This document shows, piece after piece, positions 26,201 to 38,876 of a DNA stretch of 61,815 bases. Numbering within the stretch: position 1 is the first letter of the stretch; each line of letters starts with the position of its first letter. The position numbers were made by a program, and so were the translations under genes. The notes below the pieces were generated by a model. The model had not been told where the DNA came from. It did not search any database and saw nothing but the letters and a program-made list of their open reading frames with translations. The stretch is from NCBI RefSeq assembly GCF_000143415.4, contig NW_003314360.1, positions 363,572 through 425,386 on the forward strand. The letters are read 5' to 3'. This stretch comes from Selaginella moellendorffii (taxonomy: Eukaryota; Plantae; Lycopodiophyta).

Positions 26201-26874
26201 CCGGTCTCGGTCTCGACTTTGGACTCCATCTCGGACTCCATCTCGGACTCCATCTCAGACTCCATCTCAGGTCCATCTCGGGTCCATCTCGGACTCCATC
26301 TCGGACTCCATCTTGGCTCCATCTCGGACTTTATCTCGGACTCCATTTCGGGTCCATCTCGGGTCCACCTCGGACTCCATCTCGGACTCCATCTCGGGTC
26401 CATCTCGGACTCCACTTCGGACTCCAACTCGGGTCCATCTCGGGTCCACCTCGGACTCCACTTCGGACTCCATCTCGGACTCCATCTCGGGTCCATCTCG
26501 GACTCCACTTCGGACTCCAACTCGGGTCCATCTCGGACTCCACTTCGGACTCCAACTCGGGTCCATCTCGGACTCCACTTCGGACTCCAACTCGGGTCCA
26601 TCTCGGACTCCACTTCGGACTCCAACTCGAGTCCATCTCGGACACTCCCACGTGTCATGTGCTGGTCCTTTTGGATCCCTTTTTGGAGCCTCGCCTTTTG
26701 CTCGCTTCGTGCTCGTTCCTCGAGCACTTCGTTGGGAGTTCCACTCCCGCTCTTGACTTTTCAAGTCGGAGCTTTTGGTCCAAACGTGTTACGCTCGTTT
26801 GGCTCTCGTTTCGGCCACTACCATGTGGCGCCCTTCCGGCTCCACTTTGGGGCCTAGGGATTTTGTGTCTCACA
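24817..26874. mobile_element. Solo LTR (about 2.06 kb) inserted in the hAT remnant
   Basis: TG...CA ends; exact 5-bp TSD ATGGG (24812-24816 / 26875-26879); its first ~220 bp is tandemly duplicated (24817/25038). Confidence 0.8.
26040..26645. repeat. (CTCGGA)n microsatellite grading into 12-, 24- and 36-bp higher-order units
   Basis: GGACTC, then GGTCTC, then GGACTCCATCTC, then GGACTCCACTTCGGACTCCAACTCGGGTCCATCTC blocks. Confidence 0.9.
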
Positions 26875-29046
26875 ATGGGGAGCTTGATGTAAATAAAATT
26901 GATGCAATTAAGTGTGTCTTTGTTGAAGACTAATATAGACCGAAAGCTTAATGGTTTGTGATGCATAGTTGTATGTACAGCACTACACATGTTTTGAATC
27001 CTTCATACCTTGAGCAAGATTCGGATGCTGAGGTAAGAAGTGATTTGCTGGATTATTTATTACTCTATTGCCATGGGAACACTTAACTGGAAGAGAAATT
27101 GGATGAGCAATTCAATATATTTTGACAAAGAATTGGAAGAGCTATTAATTAGGACTTGTTAAGAGCAAAGCAAAAAAAAAATTTCTAATGTATTGGTGGG
27201 AATTTTATGGATATGAAATGCCCAAGCTTGGGAAGTTAACATTTTATGTGTTGAACCAAGGAGTGTGCTCTTTTCCATGTGAGTGAAATTGGAGTAATTG
27301 GAACTTGATCTAAACCAAACAATGCAACTACTTACTTCTAGAGAACCTGAAGAAGTTAATTTATATGTATAGTAACACTAGAATGGTGAATTGTGTTAAA
27401 AATGAAGGAATAAAGTCCCTAGTGATTAATCTTGACACAATTCCAATCAAACCACAATGGATAAGGATTATAGAGATGCAAGTTAAGCTTAAATCTCTTG
27501 ATATAGAAGAGTTAGTTGAAGAAAATCTTCCATATAAGGATGTGATTGTTGAAGAAGATGCCAGAGATGTTGAATAAATTACTGAAAATGTTAAAGAAGA
27601 TGAATAATAGTTGATTTCTAATGCTTTAGTTTTTTTACTTTTATTAGTTTAGTTTTACTAAAAATGTTTTTTTTTTAATCAAAAAAAGTTTGTGAATCAT
27701 TTAGTTGTTCAGCATTTTCACCGCCAGTAAATAACCACTATCAGCCAGTTAGTCAATTGCTGTTTGGAGCAGTCAAAACTAAGTGTGGCCACAATGGCAA
27801 AACATTAATATTACTAATTAATCTAGAAAATGTGGAGATGAATGGTATAAAGGATTAATGTCCTCCACCATAGCGTGCTCATGGTCAAATTCCAGGAAAC
27901 CCAGCCTGACCGTTGCCAAAGGGTGTGTGGTCTCCAGTGGGTACCTATACCTCCAGCTTACCCTCTCAGAAATCATGCCCAAAGTCCTTCCTGCCCATTT
28001 GATTCTGCAATGTCGCAAAAGCTCTTCCCCTTGTTGAGCAAGAAATGAAAGCTGGGGCCAAACCTGCTGCAGATTCTCAATCTTCTTCTGCCACTCTGAT
28101 GGCAAGATTGTGCAGTACCTATTGCTCAAAGAAACATTCTTTAGCCTTGATCAAACTGGCAATGTAGGAGCAGACCTTTTGATAGAACCGTGTATGTCGT
28201 GAAGCTTGCGGGCAGTGGATTCTGACACATTGCCTCGTAGATCGCTCGCAGCGCCGTGCCGCGACATGGAAATTGATCCAAAGGAGGAAGGAAGAAGGGT
28301 CAAAAGGACGAAGAAGAGTATAAATAGAGTTAGGCGGCACTCGTCCTGTGGCTGCCCACTCTACATCCAGCTCAAGGTTCACGGATTCGCATAAGTTCCT
28401 TCTCCCATACAAGAGGATCAGGCAACAGCAGTGAAGTATCTCACTCGAGAAAGAAGAACTGAAAGAAGGAAGAGCTTTTGGCTCTGGCGCTGGCGCGCTC
28501 ACATCGATGGTCTCCAGTCTTTGATGAGATGGTTCCATCCATGGAGGAGCTTACGCATGCCCAGGAGAAGCTGCAACTTCAGCAACCAAAGGACTTGACG
28601 AGGCTGAGGAGAGGGCGATATCTTCCACGGCTACTGCTGGCGATCAAGACGAGGAGAATCACGTCACAGCTCAGGTGAAGCTTGGGATGCTGCTCGAGAA
28701 CTTGGGTCGGCTGGACAACAGCTTAAGCAAGCGTCCTCCACTGGCTCCACTATCACTGGTGCTACTCACTATGGGGCCGTCAAGTTCCTCCAGCACTGCC
28801 ACGTGATCTCTCTTCAAGCATCAATGGTTGCTGGGAGTTTAGAAAGTGGTGGAGTCCTGCCTCGACTGGCCATCCACTCTACTAGTCTCCCTATGGATTT
28901 GTCGCTTGAGCTGTGCATGGTTTGAACGGCTCAGGCTCGGCCTCGTCTACAAGCTCGTCACCAAGAAGCTCAAGCTGGCCAACCAGAACTTGTTCGCTGC
29001 TGGCTGTGCATCTCCGACGAGTTGGGGAAGTCTGGGATCATTGGTT

Positions 29047-30060
29047 TTAAGTTGGTGTCGCTGGATGGAGTTCCTGTGGAGTCTTTAGAGAAGCAGAGCA
29101 AGTATTGGAGTGAAGAAGATGATGATGTGGAATTGACTCAACTCTCTTGTAGACAAGAAGATCATTGAGTTGGTGCATGGCCTCTTGAATGTACCACGTG
29201 CTGTCTAGGACAACCACGCTGAGGTTTTTGTCTGCTACCTTGATCACAATACTATGATCATGTCGCAGCACAAGCACTACATACGTCTCCATCCTCTTAG
29301 AAAAGATCAAGGTCTTTTACAACAGGAGAGACGGTGGAGAAGGTCCTCTTGAATGCGGACAACGTGTCACTCCATGTGCCAGGAAGCAGGGGGAGGATCA
29401 AAGTTTGGATTGGGAACCTGAAACTTCGCTACTGTCCTTAAACAAATGGCAAGGGGTGAGGTATCTGTCCTTTGCTGTTGTTTGTCTTGTGATCTGGTGC
29501 ATCTGCCAGCATTTTCATGGTGTTACCTCGGAATTCCATGCTCCCTCTCCTTCCACATCTTGTCAAAGCAGCTCTGGACAAGAATCTTAACAGTGTCCTC
29601 CTTGGGCAGTGTCTCAGCCTTGGCTTGTGCAGTATCCTCTACAGCTTCCCTTTGCTTGTGAGCATTTTCTTTTTTGCTCTCCTCAACTCCATATGCCACT
29701 GCTCTAATTGCAGCTATCAACTGGTGCTTGTGGGCATTGAGAGTATGTGTGACAGCCTCTCGTTGTGCATTCCCACAAGCCTGCAAAGCACAGTGAACAA
29801 AATCATCCATTTGATCATTCAAAATGTTGAGAGAGTCTATGGTTGATGAAATCCACAAGGGTAGCAGCCTCGGTCTCTTGTGCCTTGAGCAGAGCAGCAA
29901 GAAGGTCCTTTAAGTATTGTTTGTGGATTGCTTTACTGCTAGCATCAAGGAGTTCCTAACCATGAGAGGTCATCTCAAGCTTTGGCATGCAAATGCGAAG
30001 GTCTTGAGGGAATTGCTTCTTATCACGAAGCTGAGTCGATCTCTTCATAGCGAGCCTAGG
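29047..30060 (-). pseudogene. Penelope-like retroelement RT N-terminal fragment
   Basis: LRHDHSIVIKVADKNLSVVVLDSTWYIQEAMHQLND..VYKRV matches the IKxADKG..VV..D...Y motif upstream of PLE RT cores. Confidence 0.6.
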
Positions 30061-30399
30061 TAGGTTTTGAGCTCATGAAAAACATAAGAAAAACATTGGT
30101 TCATCTTGAACCAACATTTTTTCATCTTTCAAATTTTGATTTAATTTATAGTTCCAAGTAAATCTGACTAATAAAATACAAATATAAATTTAGATCCAAA
30201 ACACTAAAAGCAATTTAAAAACTCTTTTCAAGCTTTATAACTATAAATCTTTACTTAGTAGATGTGATGGTCTATCTTAGTTTTTGCATAAAAATGTAAT
30301 AGATGTGCTTCCAAACTAAATATACCTTTCCCTTATTCTCCTTTTGTTTAAAATTTGGATAGGTATAGAATGGATTTTTGTAGATTTTGACAGTATAGC

Positions 30400-33300
30400 T
30401 TTTGATGACTCAATCACAACAATAAACTTCTTAACCACATCACTAATGTAATTTGTGATTATGTAGTTCAACTCCTTTATTAGCTTGATCTTCTCTTATG
30501 CACTTTTCAAAATGGAAGACCTATATTGTATAGCTTTTCTATTTCTAGCTGGTTGTGTATGCCAATCTAATGTTGACATTGGTGGCATAGCAATATCAAT
30601 AATAAGATTTGAGGAAGTTTTCAATTTGAAATCCGCTCCCTCCAGACTTTCAATTTCTTCTTTCAAAAGATTGCAACTTCACTCAGCTAGCCACTTTTTT
30701 AGCATAGAATCTAGCTTTGAAATAATTGAGTTGTGGATCTATCTTGTATGAGTAATATTAGTTCCACAACAAAAAATCCAACTTGACTAATAGCCCTTTA
30801 CCTTTAGATCTTGATAGCCCCAAAAACATAACATAGCTAAAAAACTTGAATTTAAGCACATAAATATGAGATATTAACCTTGACTCTTAATCATTCTAAA
30901 GCAACAAGCATTGCTCTTGGCACTGACTCTTAAACTACCCAGCTAATACGAAAAACTAGCTCATGAGCAATAACTTTCTTAACCTCTAGCACTAGATTTA
31001 CTTATGTAACAACTAACACCTCCTCCACTATGTTCTTTAGTTCTTTTTCGTTGTCGTAAAACAAAATGGTAGTTAAAATTTACATGGTGAGAGTTGGAAA
31101 GAGTGATGTTAGGCTTATCAAATGTCTATCAATGTTTTATATAGGTTATCCTTATGTCCCCAAGTGGTTTATAATTTGATTTTATAGGAGTTCTAGCAAC
31201 AATTTCCTACACCATCTTAAACATTAACCTTACTATTAGTGTTGTCCTTCTACCAAGGCTCTTGAAAATTGTCTAAGTTCATACTTATACTAGTAAATTT
31301 TACTTTTTATACAGCCAAAGCTTTTGATGATTGCTCAAAAGATCTAGTGAGGTCAAAAAGTGTAGCTTTATAAAGGGACAGTTGTCCTTTCCTTACTTTG
31401 GAAGCTTTCTAACTCTTTTTTATCACATTCAAGTGTTGTATTTTTCCTAGACTCAACCACTTGATGACATTGTACTCACACCAACAATTAATCTCTCTGA
31501 GAGAAAACTTACATGGAGAATATAATAGTTCCATTGAAATATTTGAACCTCCCACCATGCAAACTAGCATTCCATCTATGGAAGGCGTTCAATTGGCACT
31601 TTGTCTTATTTATGCCACTATATGTGCATTTCATTTGCCTTTGCCTCATACTTTTCTTTAATTAATGCATCCATCCATTCTCAATAAAGCTACTTAAACT
31701 TGTGATGGAAGTCAGACTTGATGCATTCGTAATCTTTGTTGACACTCTTTGCACAATGAAACTCATAACTCTTCTCTTTAGCTTATAACAATTGACTTTT
31801 GTCACTTCTAAACACTTGCCACACATCCAACCAATTAGCACCAATAGCATTTGCCATGAAACCATGAGTTTCTTCCTAATTTGATGTTCAACAACTTTGA
31901 ATATATATGTCCAAAAGATAGTTTGAGCTTGAAAATCTTAGACTTTGAATTTGGTTATAACTATAGTCAAATTGCATTGCAACCTATAGAAGAAATGGGT
32001 ATAATATAACTGGTATGAAATCTTAAAAAATGAAAAACCACTTACTTATGATCATAATATGGGCTCTCATAATTGACTAGCTTGAAACTTGTTTTATGTG
32101 GTTAAAATGGATTCAAGAATTAGCCAAGTCCCTATCTCCATTTATATCCATTTGCTACACAAGGTCTGTGTAAGCTCTTGAATTTGGACTTCCTCGGAAG
32201 TCACCTAACCTAATACTATTTAAACTTAAGGACATTTAACCCCAAATATCCCAAGACCCTTAACTGATTGGAAAAGGGGGTGCACTCTTATTTATAGGTT
32301 TTTTCCCTTTATATTTGAACCCTTATGAATCATTTCTTGAGTTGTTTTCTTTAGTTTCTTACAATCCACTATGCTTTCCTATAAGTTCGCGCCCTCATGA
32401 ATGAAAGTTAAGAGCCACAGCTCTCTTGAGAGCCCCGCTCTCTTGACACCCTACCTCTCATGGCAAGCTCCACCGGAGCAAGTTGGACCAGCCAAATGTC
32501 AATCAATATGTGGTGTGATTCCCCTAACCAACTAACAAAGTCAAACCCGAGACCGCTTTGATACAAAATGTAAGCTCCTGAATTTGGCCTTCCCGAGAGG
32601 TCACTTAACCCAATATTATTTTAACCCAAGGACATTTAACCCCAAATATCATAAGACTCTTAACTAATTGGAAAAAGGGGTGCACTCTTATTTATAGACC
32701 TTTTCCCTTTATATTTGAACCCTTATGGATCATTTCTCGAATTGTTCTCTTTGGTTGCTTACAATCCATACAAGAAGTAGGACCAAGGGTCAATATCTTA
32801 AAGATGAAAAGGCATTGACTGTTCGAAGTTATTTGGCTATTGAATAAGCTCCCATGAATAAACTCATAAACATTTTCTCTTTAGCTCCAAAATTGCATCC
32901 AATCCAAATTGAAGTTTTCCATCTTACCCTTCTCACATCTAATTCTTTATTTTGTAAAAAATAAAGTGCTATTAATGACAAAGTAGAGTTAAGTATTAAT
33001 CATATACCTTTTAAATTTGTTACAGGTTCTATATTTTGAAGCAAGTCTTTCAAACTGTTCTCCGTAAACTCTTTTTTGCTATCAGATTGTAACAACATGT
33101 CCACCATATAATCCTTTAGTACAAATTGTTAAACACACTTTGAAGTTGTAGCATTTTTTCTCCCAGCCAAGCAGCTTTCAAATTGGGAAAAGAATCATGG
33201 TAAATTCCTTCCTTTATTGTGTGTTGGTGGTGTCCAACATGCATTGCTACTCTACCTAAACAACTATCCTATAGAAAAAAGTGAAGAGAAGAAGAGCGGA

Positions 33301-33900
33301 AGCTATGATGGTGGATGACTCCAAGGATAGTCGTATATAATATCAAAGATATATATATACATGATGAAGAGACACACCTCTAGCCTACACATGGATCAGT
33401 GAAGTGGCACTCCTGCCACCTAGGATCATGTCATAGAGAGTGTATACTCAACAAAAAGTAGTACATCTTTGCATCGCAACATACTCGATACACAATTATT
33501 GCCCATACACATTTGTGGCATCTAAACTTTATAACAACCTTATCACGCCTAAGGGGATTGATCATTGAGCCTTCAAAGAAACACATATTCTTGCCATAAT
33601 AAAAAATGCATTTCACTCAAGTTGTTCACCACAATGGACTATGGACACGGATCCATTGAAATGGGAAAAGTGGGTTGTCTTTACCCTACACCAATATGTG
33701 GATCAAGACGTGTCTCCATGCCCCTCTTCCTTCTTAATAAATTAGCTAGTGGAATATATTACTGTCAAAATGCCTTATTCACTATTTCAAAAACTGGTTT
33801 AAAAGGAATGCACCTCTTTGTCTGGGAAGCTATATTGGGAAGCTCATCTTCTTTATTTTCATCATTGAAAAGAATAACTTCATCCTTCACTCCTTACACA
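30400..33900 (-). pseudogene. Second, strongly decayed MULE transposase of the 5003-7182 family
   Basis: FRCHKC...CDAKMYYFL (33431-33616) mirrors FKCRFC...CGAKMYYFL; also YEFIHGSLF-like DNA (about 32840-32870) and an FMANA-like stretch (about 31850). Boundaries approximate. Confidence 0.6.
32169..32763 (-). mobile_element. Cassandra TRIM, older C->T/G->A-decayed copy
   Basis: Reverse complement of 3129-3724; LTRs 32169-32363 and 32569-32763; no clean TSD. Confidence 0.9.
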
Positions 33901-35108
33901 ATTAGCTATGAAATTGATGCACTCTTCTCTCCTTGCTTTAGAGATCTTGTAATAAAAATCTCCTACCTTGTATATCTATCAAGATTCCATTAAATCCCAT
34001 TCTCTCCTACACCACTATTGAGAAGAATAGATTTTTATATCTAATTACCCTTATCACAACATATATTCTCTATACTAACTAATCCTGTCTTCAGCTTGAA
34101 TCTTCTTCATAGGAAGCTCTCTTATGTAACATTCTTAGAGAAAATAATTAGAGTCTCTTGATTGACCTTCAAGTAAAATTCTTTTATATCTTTTCCTTAT
34201 AAGATGTAGCACACATGAATTTAGAGCCAAACTCTAAGCCTATTGCATTGCAAAACAAGGGTTTGATACACTCTTAATTCTATAAGCACTAGCTCTTATA
34301 TCTAACACTTATATGCAAAATGGTGTTTAACACAATTTTGGCATATCGATGGTATAATACGAGGAGGAGGGTACCCTACTGATTAGAGCAATATGGAGCT
34401 TGGGCTTAAACCCAAGACAAATGTAGAATAAGGAATGACACAACCTATACAACTAACACCATTGTGTTCAGGACAATCTTTACAATAGATATGCCAAATT
34501 AGCAAATCTAAACACTTTTCACAAATAGCTAATAGAACCAAAACAAGACCAATACAAGAGGCTTGATAGTAAAGGTGTTTATCAAACATGGTAAGCTATT
34601 ATATAGTGAGTATTGAGAGACCAATCTCAATATTCTGGGGTTCCCAACACTAGTAAGTGCAAGTTAACAACATAAATTTCTTATCACTGTGTTAAATATG
34701 CTTTACTAAATAATAATTTAGGATTTCCTTCCTTAGTGCCCTTTCGATCTAAGTGCACATGTGCTAGCTAATTTCTCAAATAATTTAGGTGGAGACTATA
34801 AAGGGAACTAGTATACCGACCTCTTGCCGTTATGGCAGTAAGGAGTGAGTGTCTGTAATGACTGGCTAATAAGTATCTTTCGATACCTAAAGTCACATTC
34901 ACGATACAAGAGCACTTAGAAAAAATTTGGGGAGAAACTAACAAAAAAGAACAAAAATGCTATTTTTGTATTGTGAGCTTTAATTAGCTATGTCTTTAAG
35001 TTAATTATTTTAACAAAATATACAACCATTTAGAATCTAGAAATATATGATAATCTTAAAAGGCCACTTATAATAATTGTATAATTGATTATGAGACAAA
35101 TAATACTG

Positions 35109-35456
35109 TTAAAAAAACCACATATGAACCAACCTCTCCAAACTTGACTCACTCTTACTTCTCACAAAACAATGAAACTCTCTTGAAAGGAAGAGACCAT
35201 GGAAATGAGATGGAGAAAAAACAAATTCAAGTTTCTTGTCATGTGGTACAGAATCCTCTAGTGTATGATACCACTCAAGAGCTTTTCCTTTAAGTGTGTA
35301 TGGGAAAAGTATGGCTTGATGCTGTTCTTGATTGTTCATTTTGACAATCTGGTTGAATTGTTTTACATGTAATTCTGAATCTTCTGACTTACTTCTTGTG
35401 AAAATTGGATATGTAACCATGCTTCCAATTGTACTCATCGGATTGATGATTGCCAT
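35109..35456 (-). pseudogene. Ty3/gypsy gag fragment of another family
   Basis: YPIF...ELHVKQF...LFPYTLKGKALEWYHTL is the retrotransposon gag pattern. Confidence 0.6.
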
Positions 35457-35880
35457 AGGTGGTTGTAGACTTTGTTGGTTGAGTTGTTGTTCTGGTGAGT
35501 CCGGATTTGAGTAATCTGGTGCTGTGTATTCTGCTTCTTCAAATGCCTCAAATTCTGGGGCGTCTTTGATATTCAGTTCTTTGTTATCTTTAACTGGGTT
35601 GCTCGACTTGGCAACTTGAATTTGTTTATCCTTTTTGTCGTACTTGTTTAAAATTGTTTCTAAAATTTGTTGCTATTGTTGTTCTAATTTCTCTTTTATT
35701 ACCTCTTCCTTTTTCACTTCTCGATTCTTTTGTTGAAAATCTCTTTCTCGGATCTTGATTGAGTCTGGTTTCTATTTGTACATTTAGTTTGCTAAGTCTT
35801 CTCAACTTGAATGTCGAGGAAAGTTTCCTGAATTTGTGTTTCGCCTAAATTGTCTTGAGTCAATTGTTGTTCTTCATAGA

Positions 35881-36085
35881 TTGCAAAGTCAAGCTCTTAC
35901 GTCTTGAGTCTGTTGCAAGTTTTGATTTTATAGTATAAATGCGAAGTCAAGCTCTTACATCTTGAGTCTGTTGCAAGTTTTGATTTTATAGTATAAATGC
36001 GAAGTCAAGCTCTTGTGTCTTGAGTCTTTTGCAAGTTTGGTTTTGTTGTATAAATACGAAGTCAAGCTCTTGTGTCTTGAGTCTT
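35881..36085. repeat. ~58-bp tandem repeat (3.5 copies) in a retroelement leader
   Basis: GAAGTCAAGCTCTTRYRTCTTGAGTCT...TATAAAT repeated. Confidence 0.85.
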
Positions 36086-36773
36086 CAATTGAGTTTTTCT
36101 TTCTCAATTCTTCCCAAGTTTCTTCTCAAGGTCACTTTCCTGAGTCTAGCTTAGGAACGGTCTTGTATTTGAAAAATCAGATGGTGTAAGTATGCACTAT
36201 TAGCAAGTTCAGAAGCTTTTATCGTTGTCTTCACAGGGAAAAAGTGAGCCATCTTCGTCAAACGATCCACAACAACCCAAATAGCATCATTTCCTCGAAA
36301 GGTTTTGGGCAAACCAGTGATAAAGTCCATCGAGATGCTATCCCACTTATTCTCAGGTATACGTAAAGGATGATAGAGGCCAGCGAGCTTCTGATGATCA
36401 ACTTTGACAGCCTGGCAGGTCAAGCAACCACGTACGTACTTCTCAACATCTGACTTCATCCCAGGCCAAAAGAAATGCCTCTTCACCAACATATACGTTC
36501 TCAATACCCCCGGATGCCCAGCACTTGGCACATCATGACACTCAACCAAAATCCGTTTGATGAGTTTGTCAACACGAGGAACCACTACACGTCCCTTCTT
36601 CACCAGGATTCCATCTCATATTTCGAATGACGCAAACTTGTCACCCTTCAAATTTGTAGAGGCGTCCCTCAACAAAACCTTCGCGCGAATATCAGTGATG
36701 AAGGAGTCGAAGTCAGCAAACTCCTTAAGCTCATCCAAGAGATCGCTGGATAGCTTCACGAACGAGATAGAAT

Positions 36774-38861
36774 TTACCATCCTGGATAATGCATCAGCCA
36801 CCTTATTATCACCTCCATGCTTGTACCAGATCTTAACAGACATTTCCTGCAGGAACTCTTGCCAACGAGCAAGACGGCCTCGAAGATCCTTTTGTCGACG
36901 AGAGATTGATGGTCTGAATCCACATGGAAGTCCGATCCATATAGATAATGTCGCCATTCCTTCACAGCAGCAATCACAGCATATAACTCCTTGTCTCGAG
37001 TAGGCCAATTCCGCTGTGTGGCATCAAACTTATGGCTCATGTATGCAAGAGGATGCCCAACTTGAAGCAAAACAGCTCCAATAGCAATGTCACTTGCATC
37101 TGTCTCGACCACAAGAGGCTTTTCAGGATCAAAAATCTTCAACACCGGAGCAGAGATACAACATTGCTTCAAACGTTGAAATGCCACTTCACACTTCTCA
37201 TCCCAACCATGAATAGTAGCATGTTTCGACGTATTCTGAAGAAGATTAGTTAAAGGGGCTGCTATCCCTGAAAAGTCCTTCACAAATCGTCGAAAAACTC
37301 CAGCCATACCAAGGAAACTACGGAGATCATGCACTGTGGAAGGTATAGGCCAATCAACCACGGCCTGAATCTTTGCGGGATCAGCTCTCACTCCATGTAC
37401 CGAAATCAAATGCTCGAGATATCCAATCTCCTCTAAAAAAAACTCACACTTGGATAACTTCGAGTAGAGCTTGTTGTCCCTCAAAAGTTGTAAAACACTT
37501 TGCACATGCATCTCATGTTCCTCCATGGAAGAGCTGAATACCAGGATATCATCAAAATAATCAATTGCAAACTTTCCCAAGTAAGGTTGTAGAACTTGAT
37601 TCATCAATCTCTGAAAAGTTGCAGGAGCATTTGTCAAACCAAACGGCATCACTAAAAACTCGTAGTGACCTGTCCTTGTCCGAAATGCAGTTTTCGGAAC
37701 ATCCTCTGGCTTGACACAAATCTGATGATATCCTTGCCTCAAATCAATCTTCGAAAAATATCGAGCTCCACGAAGATGATCGAGTAAATCATCGATACGA
37801 GGGATCGGGAACATATTCTTCACTATCCTATCATTCAATCCCTTGTAGTTCACACAAAGACGCCATGTACCATCTTTCTTTTTGACCATCACCACTGGAG
37901 CAGCCCAAGGAGATTTGCTGATCCGTAACCACCCTTTCCGAAGGTATTTAGCAAGCTGCCTATTAATCTCCTCATCTTCAGTGGGACTAGTACGAGTTGG
38001 TTGTCGCTGAAAAGGAGCGGCTCTAGGAACCAAGTCAATCTCATGCTGAATTCCACGTTCTGGAGGCAAACCATCAGGTAACTCATCCGGAAATACGTCA
38101 TGGAACTCCTCCTGAATGGAATCCACTTGTGCCTCATGCCCACGAACGTACTCCAAATCAGTCATGATCAAATTAGAAAGAAACGGGTACACCACAAAAG
38201 ATCTAGCTATCTCATGCGAGCATGTTACCAACTCCAAAGCGTTAATCAATGGAGTATCACTATTGTCTGTCCCGACAATCTCTTTTATAGTGCCACCAAC
38301 TTCGATATGCAGAACATTACGCTGCCAATCGATTCTTGGCTTCCTGTCATAAAACCATTCCTTCCCAAGAATAACGTCTGTGCGACCAAGATCCATAACT
38401 TGGAACGAAGGATGGTCGAGAATCCTTTGAACCGTCAAAGGAACACTCAGAGCCCATTCACCGTAAACACGAGTGCTATGTCCATCTGCCATAACCACCT
38501 CGTAGATTACTGAACTCTTTTCCACAGGCAAACCAAGTTTCTTCACCACCTTAGAGCTCAAAAAATTATGTGTAGCACCTGGATCGAAAAGAATACTAAC
38601 AGCATGTCCTTGAATGTCCCCCTTGGCCTTCACAAGTTGATTGCGCATAGAACCATTAATCTCTACAGAGTTGATACGAACTCGAGACTTAGATTCTTGA
38701 ACTTTTGCCACAAGGTGTGGAAGAGCCACCACAGCAGATGCCTGAGCTGTATCCATGATGGATTCCACCACATTCACCTTAGCATTCTTTGATCCCTTCA
38801 CAAGAGGACAATCCTTGCCATGATGTCCAGCCTTATGACAACGAAAACAATTGCCCTCCAC
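36774..38861 (-). CDS. pol: Ty3/gypsy pol (zinc knuckle, protease, RT, RNase H)
   Basis: CFRCHKAGHHGKDC, DPGATH, KIDLRQGYHQI, MPFGLTNAPATFQ, YFDD, TDAS. Confidence 0.9.
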   Translation of the reverse strand: MEGNCFRCHKAGHHGKDCPLVKGSKNAKVNVVESIMDTAQASAVVALPHLVAKVQESKSRVRINSVEINGSMRNQLVKAKGDIQGHAVSILFDPGATHNFLSSKVVKKLGLPVEKSSVIYEVVMADGHSTRVYGEWALSVPLTVQRILDHPSFQVMDLGRTDVILGKEWFYDRKPRIDWQRNVLHIEVGGTIKEIVGTDNSDTPLINALELVTCSHEIARSFVVYPFLSNLIMTDLEYVRGHEAQVDSIQEEFHDVFPDELPDGLPPERGIQHEIDLVPRAAPFQRQPTRTSPTEDEEINRQLAKYLRKGWLRISKSPWAAPVVMVKKKDGTWRLCVNYKGLNDRIVKNMFPIPRIDDLLDHLRGARYFSKIDLRQGYHQICVKPEDVPKTAFRTRTGHYEFLVMPFGLTNAPATFQRLMNQVLQPYLGKFAIDYFDDILVFSSSMEEHEMHVQSVLQLLRDNKLYSKLSKCEFFLEEIGYLEHLISVHGVRADPAKIQAVVDWPIPSTVHDLRSFLGMAGVFRRFVKDFSGIAAPLTNLLQNTSKHATIHGWDEKCEVAFQRLKQCCISAPVLKIFDPEKPLVVETDASDIAIGAVLLQVGHPLAYMSHKFDATQRNWPTRDKELYAVIAAVKEWRHYLYGSDFHVDSDHQSLVDKRIFEAVLLVGKSSCRKCLLRSGTSMEVIIRWLMHYPGW

Positions 38862-38876
38862 CTTGTCCTTCTCTTG

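Larger units (their letters stand above)
22150..27580 (+). pseudogene. hAT transposase remnant interrupted by insertions
   Basis: CTIVTNGWFD (D1 region, about 22485), CVCHVLDLL (CxxH, about 24375), ILNDEFW...PILKVLHLVD (24586-24789) and a CE*NWS hATC-like motif (about 27280). Boundaries approximate. Confidence 0.7.

Noticed and set aside
25759-26892. Long Ser/Asp-, Leu/Gly- or Arg-rich ORFs
   Set aside because: These arise from a stop-free hexamer repeat open in nearly all frames, inside a solo LTR.
27818-29088. Host protein-coding gene
   Set aside because: Short ORFs with no motif I could recognise; left uncalled.
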